Source: an uncultured Erysipelotrichaceae bacterium (GTDB taxonomy: Bacteria > Bacillota_I > Bacilli_A > RF39 > UBA660). Taken from it: a DNA stretch of 64,000 nt. Position 1 is the stretch's first letter. Each line of letters opens with the position of its first letter. The position numbers were made by a program, and so were the translations under genes. The notes under the pieces were generated by a model. The model saw only the letters and a program-made list of their open reading frames with translations, ran no database searches and was not told the origin of the DNA. The stretch spans positions 140,603-204,602 of the forward strand of contig CADBGE010000001.1 in assembly GCA_902794075.1 (NCBI GenBank), read 5' to 3'. This document shows positions 54,423 through 62,210 of the stretch, one piece after another.

Positions 54423-55463
54423 ATGATTGATGACGAATATATTATAAGATATTTTTATGGGAAGAAATCATTTATTTCAAGTAGGCTTAATAAAATTCCA
54501 TCTGATATTGAAGAATATTTAAAAAATAGATATGCAAATTTTAAGTCATTTAAAGAAACAATTTATAGGATAAAAAATAAACTTGATGAAGAACCAAAAT
54601 GCCTGACATGTGGCAAAAATCTAGAATTCCATAAAAGAGGTATGTTTTACCGAAAATTTTGCAACGTCAAATGTTCAAATCTTAATAAAGAAAAAATACA
54701 AAAAGAAAAAATAACAAAATTAAATAAATACAATAATCCCAATTATAATAACAGATTGAAATGTAACGAAACAAAAAATATAAGATATGGAAATACATGG
54801 AAATATCATTTAAGAAATTATTTTAACAATTTATCTGATTTAGAAAAACATGAATTTTATGAAAAAATAAAAAATTCAGTTCAATTAAGATATAATGTAA
54901 ATAATGTATCACAATTACAAGAAATAAAAGATAAAAAGAAACAAACATGTTTAATAAAATATGGAATTACAACAAATTTACAAGCTGAAAAAACAAAAAA
55001 TAAGTTAAAAAGTTTAAGGAAAGATCATAATTGGTTACACATGGTTAATGAAAAAATAAATGAAACTAAACGCAGAAACGGCACGTTCAATACATCAAGA
55101 CCAGAAGAATACATCTATGAAAGACTTTGTGAGATATTTACAACAGATAATGTAATTAGACAACATCATACAGATGAATACCCATTTGATTGTGACTTTT
55201 ATATAATACCACTTAACTTGTACATTGAATATCAAGGTATGTGGACACACAATGATCATCCATTTGATGAAACTAATGAAAATGATTTAAAAATTGTGGA
55301 ATCATGGAGTCAAAAAAATTCTACATTTTACAATGGAGCAATAGACGTTTGGACCAAAAAAGATGTTTTAAAAAGAAATACAGCAAAGAAAAATAATTTA
55401 AATTGGATTGAATTCTTTAATTTATCACAATTTAATGATTGGGTTAATCAGCTAATTAAATAA
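54423..55463 (+). CDS. Zn-ribbon + [KR]YG repeats + Vsr/DUF559-like PD-(D/E)XK endonuclease (homing-endonuclease-like)
   Basis: CLTCGKN...CNVKCSN, RYGNTW / IKYGITTN repeats, RNGTFNTS, CDFYIIPLNLYIEYQGMWTH and KRNTAKKNNLNWIEF are collinear with the N-terminal 430 aa of the 12331..14742 protein. Confidence 0.55.
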   Translation: MIDDEYIIRYFYGKKSFISSRLNKIPSDIEEYLKNRYANFKSFKETIYRIKNKLDEEPKCLTCGKNLEFHKRGMFYRKFCNVKCSNLNKEKIQKEKITKLNKYNNPNYNNRLKCNETKNIRYGNTWKYHLRNYFNNLSDLEKHEFYEKIKNSVQLRYNVNNVSQLQEIKDKKKQTCLIKYGITTNLQAEKTKNKLKSLRKDHNWLHMVNEKINETKRRNGTFNTSRPEEYIYERLCEIFTTDNVIRQHHTDEYPFDCDFYIIPLNLYIEYQGMWTHNDHPFDETNENDLKIVESWSQKNSTFYNGAIDVWTKKDVLKRNTAKKNNLNWIEFFNLSQFNDWVNQLIK

Positions 55464-55482
55464 ATATTTTTAACTATATTTA

Positions 55483-55603
55483 AATAAGTGCATAGATCAT
55501 CATCTAATATCATCAAAAATCATAATAACAAATTATTCAAAAAGAACGCAAAATGTTACTAGATGATGATCCAGATATAGTCTGAGATGTTCTAAGATAC
55601 ATA
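55483..55603 (+). repeat. two-copy structured element, copy B
   Basis: Same ends and same length as copy A. The interior is about two-thirds identical, and the 3' tail agatatagtctgagatgttctaagatacata is conserved. Confidence 0.6.
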
Positions 55604-55649
55604 TTATACTTTAAAATATTTTAAAACATTTTAACATTTTTTAATTATT

Positions 55650-55874
55650 ATGCTTGTAAAAAAATTAACATATAATGAATTATTAAAATACCAATCTATG
55701 CGATGTAGATTAACAAGTGATTGTGAATTCTTTCCGAATTTTAATGTAACAGGAATAGTAGATAGTATAAATATACAAAGTAATGAATATGTAATAAATA
55801 TAAAAACAGAACCAACCGGAAAAATTATACCAGTTGGTTCCAATATGCGAAATTTAAAAATAACTACGCTTTAG
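55650..55874 (+). CDS. hypothetical small protein
   Basis: 74-aa plus-strand ORF completing the plus-strand island. Its composition is more protein-like than the overlapping minus-strand ORF 55631..55843. Confidence 0.35.
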   Translation: MLVKKLTYNELLKYQSMRCRLTSDCEFFPNFNVTGIVDSINIQSNEYVINIKTEPTGKIIPVGSNMRNLKITTL

Positions 55875-55875
55875 C

Positions 55876-56847
55876 TCATTTCTTTGTATGTCTTTCTTCG
55901 TAAATACCCCATAAGTAATTAATTACATTAGATATTATTTCATTATCAAACTTTTGATGTGTGTTATAATATTCAACTATCATATTATGAACATTCTCAT
56001 CATATGCGTTCTTAAATGATGGCATTTTATTTGCATTAAAGTATTTTTCAAACTTAATTCTACGGTGAAGCACTTTGCGTTTGTCAATACTTATTGGAAT
56101 GTTATATTTATAATTATCTCCAAACATTGTCTTATAACGATCCCACATGTTTTCAAATGCCGCAGAAGTATCATTCTTATTGTCTCTGAAGAAATTGTCA
56201 TTGCATAATTCATATGACATATAGTTTATTGCCATACAGTTAATTCCACTTATAAGACAGTCAAGAAGAAGTGAAATGTCTTCAGTAGAAAAGAATGTAA
56301 TATCATAATGAATATTGTTTTCAACTATTTGTTTTATGTCAAGCAAAATGAACTGCCCTGCATTAAGTGACTTATTTTTAACAATTTCATTAGGTTTTTT
56401 AAAACCAATATAAAATGGTAAAGTAAATGAAACATGTCCTGCATTATTCTCTTCAGCAAGTTTTACTGCTTCTTTAAATAAAATATCAATATCCGTTCTA
56501 TATGATCTATATGAATTTGATGTCTCACGTTTAGTTTCTTCAGATATATACTTAGCACTATATTTAACATCATCATCAATCATGAACATATAGTCATAAT
56601 TATTATTTATGCAAAAATCTAATATTGCTTGCCGTTTGCTTGGAAGATTATTAGCATCAACATATATTACACTAACATTATCTGATTTATATGATTCATA
56701 TTCTAACTTTGTTTCATCATTGTTTGAAACAAATATATACTTATCATATTGATGTTGATCATCATTGATATTAATATTATGTAAATTAGATATAAGTTCT
56801 TTATATCTATGTCCATAGCTAGGAACACATATTGCAATTCGTTTCAT
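55876..56847 (-). CDS. GT-A-fold glycosyltransferase-like protein (paralog 2)
   Basis: RIAICVPSYGHRY (Rossmann start), NNYDYMFMIDDDV (DxD) and NKSLNAGQFI...FSTEDIS. A clear paralog of the upstream gene. Confidence 0.5.
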   Translation of the reverse strand: MKRIAICVPSYGHRYKELISNLHNININDDQHQYDKYIFVSNNDETKLEYESYKSDNVSVIYVDANNLPSKRQAILDFCINNNYDYMFMIDDDVKYSAKYISEETKRETSNSYRSYRTDIDILFKEAVKLAEENNAGHVSFTLPFYIGFKKPNEIVKNKSLNAGQFILLDIKQIVENNIHYDITFFSTEDISLLLDCLISGINCMAINYMSYELCNDNFFRDNKNDTSAAFENMWDRYKTMFGDNYKYNIPISIDKRKVLHRRIKFEKYFNANKMPSFKNAYDENVHNMIVEYYNTHQKFDNEIISNVINYLWGIYEERHTKK

Positions 56848-56851
56848 TTTG

Positions 56852-57751
56852 TTAATTCTTTTTAAGTATTTCTGTTTTTAAATAATTTAATAAGTTTTCA
56901 TATGATTCTCCAGCATCAAACATATTAAATAATGTTCGATATTTGTCTTCAACGTTTTTCTTATATGGTGGTAGTTTGTCAATATTAAAGTATTTATTAA
57001 ATTTTATTACTGGACGTATTATACCTTGAGCATCAATGGTTAAAGGACAATTGTACATCTTTGCGAAAAGAATATGTATCATGCTTCTATCAATAGTATC
57101 AGAAAAAATAACTGACTTGTTTGATGAATTCTCTATATACGTATAATCAGCTACGCATATGCAAGTTAGTCCTTTCATTAATATGTCCATACAAAATTTT
57201 ACGTCTTCTGGAAAAAGAACATCAGTGTAAATAGAAATATTATTGTTTTTTATGTCATTTACATTATAGCATATAAACTGACCACAGTTTAACGATTTAT
57301 TGACTTTTACATTTCCAGGATGAGAAAAACCTAAAAAGGCATTTCTTATTAAACTTGAAAATGTTGCATTATATTCAATTGTTCTATTATATAATACGTC
57401 TATAGCCTCTTTAATTGGAACTCGTATCCTTTTATATGTTTTTGATGTTGGACGTTTAGTTTCCGATGTGATCTTATATCCGTATGATTTCACATCGTCC
57501 TCAATTATAAAAGCATAATCATAATTATTTTCAATAGTCCAATCAACTATAAACTTACGTTTTTCAGCAATATTCTTTGCTGATGTGTTAATTATATCAA
57601 TTCCTAATGATTTATAGTCATTTATTCTATCATCATCATTTGAAATAAATATTTTAATATCATATTCAGTTATTTCTTTTAATGCATCAAATAATTCAAC
57701 ATATCTAAATCCATAACTTGGAATGCAAATAACTGTTTTATTGTTCTTCAT
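56852..57751 (-). CDS. GT-A-fold glycosyltransferase-like protein (paralog 1)
   Basis: TVICIPSYGFRY, NNYDYAFIIEDDV and NKSLNCGQFI...LFPEDVK. Its start overlaps the 3' end of the upstream methyltransferase gene by 14 nt. Confidence 0.5.
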   Translation of the reverse strand: MKNNKTVICIPSYGFRYVELFDALKEITEYDIKIFISNDDDRINDYKSLGIDIINTSAKNIAEKRKFIVDWTIENNYDYAFIIEDDVKSYGYKITSETKRPTSKTYKRIRVPIKEAIDVLYNRTIEYNATFSSLIRNAFLGFSHPGNVKVNKSLNCGQFICYNVNDIKNNNISIYTDVLFPEDVKFCMDILMKGLTCICVADYTYIENSSNKSVIFSDTIDRSMIHILFAKMYNCPLTIDAQGIIRPVIKFNKYFNIDKLPPYKKNVEDKYRTLFNMFDAGESYENLLNYLKTEILKKN

Positions 57752-59027
57752 ACGTCTGTTTTATGTTATTAGCGTACAATATGTTTGTACTTCGTTTGTT
57801 GAACTTGTCTGGATTGATTATAATGTCAACAGCATTTCTTACTACCCATTCAGCAGTCTTAACAGGAACATTTTGTCCAATTAAGTTAAAGTCTCTCTGT
57901 TCATGACCGCATAATGAAAAATCATAAGGCATACCCATTAATGCAAGTGCCTCTTCTATCGTTATGAATCTATCTTCTGATGGGTGAATTATGTGAGGTA
58001 TAGTTTTAAATATAATTGCTGGAGTGTATTCATTTCTTGGAAGAATTGGAGAATCACAGTAATAACCTAGTCCAATAGACACTTTATATTTAACATGGTC
58101 AACCGCCTTCTTAAATCCAATAATGTCTTTTTCATTTGTTACATTTTTATCAACATACGATTTCCAATCTTCATAAAGATCTCTATTAATTATATTGCAA
58201 ATTCCTGTTTTATTCTCATCAAATGTTTTTCTCCAATTGTCACCCCACATGTCCATAAAATATTTCAGCATTAATCTAGAAAATGCATATCCATTAATCA
58301 TTGTCTGAGATGTAATGTGCTTATCAATTTCATTAAAATAATCTAATGTTTCAATATGCTTATTTTCGAACATTATTTCTGGACATGAGTTTGTTCTCCC
58401 TTTCACAAACATAACAAATGTTCTTGGACGTCGTTGACAATTATTATGTAATTGTGTATCGGTCTTTATATATATAATAGAATAACCTGTTCGTTCAGCA
58501 AGATCATTAAAATATGTTCTCATTGTAGTGCCAGTATTAGTATACAACTGAGGAGCATTTTCCATTATAAATATAGTAGGTTTAATAACGGACAACGCAT
58601 ATTTTGTAATGAACTTCATATTACAGTTTTTTGAATTCTTTGTGTCAGATGGCGCAATAGTTGCACTTGATAAACCAGAGCATACTGGAACAGCAACAAC
58701 TAAATCTATATTGTCAAAAGTTAAACTTACTTCATCATTATTCTCATCTTCTAATATTACACTATCTATAATGTCATCCTGAAACATTTTACGGTTTCTA
58801 AATACATAATAATTTGGCATACGATTGTGCTGCTTAAGATAATTTGTAAGATACCATTCATTAGCACAAGAAATTACTTCTTCGGTTGCTTTATTCTTTT
58901 TCTCAGCAGTTAACCCAGGAAATGAAATTATGCATTCTGCTGGATGTCCAATTATATTTTCTGTTCCTAGATACATTCCACCAGTTAATGGTTGTATTGC
59001 TATCCATTTTATGTTTTCTTTTGTCAT
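57738..59027 (-). CDS. DNA (cytosine-5)-methyltransferase-like protein
   Basis: Motif I-like is IQPLTGGMYLG, motif IV is VPVCSGLS (Pro-Cys), motif VI is IMENAPQL (ENV), motif VIII is QRRPRTFV (QxRxR) and motif X is GQNVPV (GNxVP). Confidence 0.7.
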   Translation of the reverse strand: MTKENIKWIAIQPLTGGMYLGTENIIGHPAECIISFPGLTAEKKNKATEEVISCANEWYLTNYLKQHNRMPNYYVFRNRKMFQDDIIDSVILEDENNDEVSLTFDNIDLVVAVPVCSGLSSATIAPSDTKNSKNCNMKFITKYALSVIKPTIFIMENAPQLYTNTGTTMRTYFNDLAERTGYSIIYIKTDTQLHNNCQRRPRTFVMFVKGRTNSCPEIMFENKHIETLDYFNEIDKHITSQTMINGYAFSRLMLKYFMDMWGDNWRKTFDENKTGICNIINRDLYEDWKSYVDKNVTNEKDIIGFKKAVDHVKYKVSIGLGYYCDSPILPRNEYTPAIIFKTIPHIIHPSEDRFITIEEALALMGMPYDFSLCGHEQRDFNLIGQNVPVKTAEWVVRNAVDIIINPDKFNKRSTNILYANNIKQTYEEQ

Positions 59028-59044
59028 ATATATTATGTATATTT

Positions 59045-59836
59045 TTAAGCTTTTCTAATAATAAATTCTTTAGTGTCTAATTCATATGCTTTACAGTTAT
59101 CGAGCATCTTGTTGTTCATTACTTCAATAGCATCACCATATCCGATACTTCTGTCAGGTTTATAAAATGCCTGAAGAGTATGTCCAAACACTTGCTTAAT
59201 CTGCATAATCTGAAGAGCTGTTTCAGAAATGTCTAACTCCGGATCTTTCAACATTTCTTGATGCCACATTGTGTCTGAAGCATCTGCCCAAATACATGAC
59301 GCATACTTATCTAATCCACCTCTATCTGAAGAAACCATAAACAAATACTGAAGTCCCTTATCAGTGTTAAGCAAATTGTTCAATGAAAATGCAAGATCTT
59401 CAAGTGACGTTAACTTATATTGTTCTGTAAATACTGTCATAATCCATCCGGGTGTGCATCCTGCATGAGTGAAGAGAACATCATCAGCGACATCAGCAAT
59501 CTTGAAGAGCTCTTTATATTCTTCAAACCGCTGACGGATGTCGTTACAATATTGATTTGAATGACGTGAATGATACCATGTGAATGACTTATACTTCTCA
59601 CTAAAATATGGCATATCATGATTGCCAAGAAGAAGTGTCACCTTATCCTTATGTGCATCAGCAAATGCTAATATATTCTCAAAGTTCTCAAGTGCTTCAG
59701 AAACAGTGATATTCTCAAAATCATACGGATCCATATAGTCACCTAAGAAAATGATCTTGTCATAATCTTCTATATGCTTACACGGTTCTTCCCAAAACTT
59801 TCTACCGTGAATGTCGGGCAGTACTAATATCTTCAT
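59045..59836 (-). CDS. calcineurin-like metallophosphoesterase
   Basis: ILVLPDIHGR, IIFLGDYMDP, LLGNHD and a downstream GHT form the canonical DxH / GDxxD / GNH(D/E) series. Confidence 0.85.
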   Translation of the reverse strand: MKILVLPDIHGRKFWEEPCKHIEDYDKIIFLGDYMDPYDFENITVSEALENFENILAFADAHKDKVTLLLGNHDMPYFSEKYKSFTWYHSRHSNQYCNDIRQRFEEYKELFKIADVADDVLFTHAGCTPGWIMTVFTEQYKLTSLEDLAFSLNNLLNTDKGLQYLFMVSSDRGGLDKYASCIWADASDTMWHQEMLKDPELDISETALQIMQIKQVFGHTLQAFYKPDRSIGYGDAIEVMNNKMLDNCKAYELDTKEFIIRKA

Positions 59837-60345
59837 CTTTCTTCAACGGTTAATAAATAATCTTCAATATAATCCTTTGGTAACATATATTCTGTTTTAT
59901 TTCTATCTTGTTGTGGGGTAAAACCCATGACAGAAATTAATTTAGGAATAAGAACAATCCAATCGTTTATAATTTTTTTCTTTTGTTCTTCTGATACTTC
60001 AATATTTTCAGTAATAAATTTATCATCAAATAGGAATTCAATATTTTCATATTTATTGAATTCTAATTTTTTGATAATGACCTCTCTTACAAGTGTTGTC
60101 TTATCGTAACCTGTTGTTACAGCAGCATGAATTTTTGTTATATATGATTTTACTTCATTACACCAATGGTTCTTATTAATATTAGCAAAATCATACAATA
60201 CACAATATCTAACAAGACACCAATGCTGAAATAATGTTATAGAAATATTATCAATGTCTTCTCCTAATTGAGATCGCTTTTTTGCCATCTCAAATATTTT
60301 TGTATTTTCAAGTGTTCTTATTAAATATTCTTTCAAAGATGTCAT
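59833..60345 (-). CDS. hypothetical protein, weak CTS-like leader (MTSLKEYLIRTLE)
   Basis: 170-aa ORF with an ATGA overlap to the phosphoesterase gene. It is helical and distantly DUF29-like in pattern (unverified). Confidence 0.4.
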   Translation of the reverse strand: MTSLKEYLIRTLENTKIFEMAKKRSQLGEDIDNISITLFQHWCLVRYCVLYDFANINKNHWCNEVKSYITKIHAAVTTGYDKTTLVREVIIKKLEFNKYENIEFLFDDKFITENIEVSEEQKKKIINDWIVLIPKLISVMGFTPQQDRNKTEYMLPKDYIEDYLLTVEER

Positions 60346-60349
60346 AATC

Positions 60350-60577
60350 TTATTGAATCTTTAGTCGTTTAACAATTCGTCCTTTAGTCAGATCATACGG
60401 AGACATCTCAACCTCTACCTTGTCGCCTGGCATAATTTTAATATAATTCTGTCGCATCTTACCTGAAATATGACATATAATTGTATTGTCAACATTGTCA
60501 AGTTCAACACGAAAAATAGAATTACCAAGTGCCTCAGTAATTAATCCAGTGACTTTTATTGCATCCTGTTTTGCCAT
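60350..60577 (-). CDS. infA: translation initiation factor IF-1
   Basis: [28 protein letters not shown]...[36 protein letters not shown] is collinear and highly similar to E. coli InfA ([65 protein letters not shown]). Confidence 0.95.
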   Translation of the reverse strand: MAKQDAIKVTGLITEALGNSIFRVELDNVDNTIICHISGKMRQNYIKIMPGDKVEVEMSPYDLTKGRIVKRLKIQ

Positions 60578-60610
60578 TTATAATTAGTATGTTTATATAT
60601 AAAATATAAA

Positions 60611-60853
60611 TTATTTTGTCATTTTTTCAACCGTATTCTTAACTTTTTCCAAAGTATCAACTGATTCTTCAAAGAACGGGTCAATGACTTCCGGTGTGAG
60701 CTTAGTCCTATCGTACTCAATGATGTTAAGATTTGCAAGCGCTTGACCAAATCTAACATCAGGATGTGATAAGAAATAGTTACGTAATTTGTTAAGAATT
60801 TGCAAATTTGAATTCTGACGTTCGTCAATCTTCTTTTTGATGTTTTCAGTCAT
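60611..60853 (-). CDS. hypothetical small protein
   Basis: 80-aa helical ORF. The overlapping same-strand ORF 60619..60828 is rejected. Confidence 0.45.
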   Translation of the reverse strand: MTENIKKKIDERQNSNLQILNKLRNYFLSHPDVRFGQALANLNIIEYDRTKLTPEVIDPFFEESVDTLEKVKNTVEKMTK

Positions 60854-60869
60854 AATTTTTTTAATTTGT

Positions 60870-60927
60870 TGTAATTATAATATAAAAAAGTCCTATGAAA
60901 AATTCAAAGGACTTGAGAAAATATATT
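60870..60927. repeat. 58-bp perfect direct repeat, copy 1 (terminator + promoter-like cassette)
   Basis: tgtaattataatataaaaaagtcctatgaaaaattcaaaggacttgagaaaatatatt. Confidence 0.85.
60884..60914 (-). terminator. terminator hairpin inside repeated cassette (copy 1)
   Basis: Stem aagtcct / aggactt, followed by tttttt on the minus strand. Confidence 0.55.
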
Positions 60928-60942
60928 TTAAATGAATTTTTA

Positions 60943-61290
60943 CTATATAAGAAATATGTCTTTTATTTTTCCTGTGTATTTACATTGTTTTAGAATTTCT
61001 TTATTTTTTGCAATCTCATCTTTATTGGGATTTCTATATTTTTTGAGTTTAAAATCAAACGGCCTTTCATCAATATTATATCTTAATTCCTTTTCATGCT
61101 TAAGTGCTTTAAATTCCTCATGAGTTTCAGGAACTACGTTAATTGCTGCACGTATGTGAATTTGTTTTTCATGCACATCAATATTCTTATTAACAACACT
61201 AAGAATTTTTATTGCTTCATCAACATTATTTGTTTCATAGCAACAATTAATTTGTGAACCCATACATGTTTTAACAACTAAATATTTCAT
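60943..61290 (-). CDS. hypothetical protein flanked by identical 58-bp cassettes
   Basis: 115-aa ORF. Perfect 58-bp direct repeats lie at 60870..60927 and 61318..61375. Confidence 0.45.
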   Translation of the reverse strand: MKYLVVKTCMGSQINCCYETNNVDEAIKILSVVNKNIDVHEKQIHIRAAINVVPETHEEFKALKHEKELRYNIDERPFDFKLKKYRNPNKDEIAKNKEILKQCKYTGKIKDIFLI

Positions 61291-61317
61291 AATCTTAAAA
61301 TTTAAAAATTAATAATG

Positions 61318-61375
61318 TAATTATAATATAAAAAAGTCCTATGAAAAATTCAAAGGACTTGAGAAAATATATTGA
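61318..61375. repeat. 58-bp perfect direct repeat, copy 2
   Basis: Identical to 60870..60927, offset by 448 bp. Together the copies bracket the 115-aa gene. Confidence 0.85.
61332..61362 (-). terminator. terminator hairpin inside repeated cassette (copy 2)
   Basis: Identical sequence to 60884..60914. Confidence 0.55.
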
Positions 61376-61400
61376 GTTTATAAATGTACAATTCTTAAGT

Positions 61401-62210
61401 TTAGTTAAGATATTTATATCTTACATTAATTAAGCTTGTCAATTCTGCAGCCTGTATATGCAACTGACCAATATTTAATTTGTTCATTCCATTACCGATA
61501 AATTCAAGAATAAGTGCGCCAATCAATATATTATCCCTATCATACATTGCGGTACATACAATACTGTCACAAGGATATTTAGTGAACAAGTCTCTCAATG
61601 CTGGGCAATCAGTAAGTAGATCTTCAAGTTTTTCATATATTAAATGTTGTTCATGTAAATTATATAATTTGCTGACAGCTCCAGACAATCCGCTGAATGG
61701 AAGATCTTTTACAGCAAACTGAACTGATGCAATATTCTTATCACACCATTCATATGTACATGACCACTTTGCAAATGGTGTTCCTGACAAATTCTGGTTT
61801 GAATTATGGAACTCAACAATAAACACACGCTGTGCTCCATGAATATGACCAATATCCTTAAGACCATCCTTAATCTCTTCGGTAAGTGCCATGCGTTCTC
61901 CAAGCATATTATTGTGATTCTTCTGCTCAGCATGACGATTGTCGAGTATGTGATTAAGTATCTTATCTTGTTGACTGATGATAGTATGAACTAACTGTTC
62001 GTTCTGTGTTGTCAATTGGTCAGCTAACTTATCATTCTGCTCGGCCATCTTGTCTGTAAGTTTATCTCCTACATCCTCAAGACCAGTTTTCATGTTTGAT
62101 GTAAGTTTCTTTATTATATACTTACCTCCATAAAACAATACTATGCATGTGATGACTGCATTTATGCCTGCCCAACCATATTGTTCAAAAATACTAATGA
62201 TTGAATTCAT
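61401..62210 (-). CDS. membrane-anchored hypothetical protein (TM + coiled coil + possible GAF-like domain)
   Basis: The N-terminal helix is GWAGINAVITCIVLFYGGKYII, followed by a heptad-like LTDKMAEQNDKLADQLTTQNEQL. The C-terminal domain ends NILIGALILEF, reminiscent of GAF domains (unverified). Confidence 0.3.
   Translation of the reverse strand: MNSIISIFEQYGWAGINAVITCIVLFYGGKYIIKKLTSNMKTGLEDVGDKLTDKMAEQNDKLADQLTTQNEQLVHTIISQQDKILNHILDNRHAEQKNHNNMLGERMALTEEIKDGLKDIGHIHGAQRVFIVEFHNSNQNLSGTPFAKWSCTYEWCDKNIASVQFAVKDLPFSGLSGAVSKLYNLHEQHLIYEKLEDLLTDCPALRDLFTKYPCDSIVCTAMYDRDNILIGALILEFIGNGMNKLNIGQLHIQAAELTSLINVRYKYLN

Noticed and set aside
55631-55843. Minus-strand 70-aa ORF overlapping the plus-strand 74-aa ORF.
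   Set aside because: Its product is a hydrophobic low-complexity peptide with no upstream signal. The plus-strand ORF fits the orientation of the island and has a more protein-like composition. Even so, neither ORF is strongly supported.
55876-60345. A TET/JBP dioxygenase that would complete a methylation-oxidation-glycosylation pathway.
   Set aside because: None of the neighbouring ORFs shows an HxD...H 2OG-Fe(II) pattern. The adjacent 263-aa protein is a metallophosphoesterase. The hypermodification idea is therefore kept only as a hypothesis.
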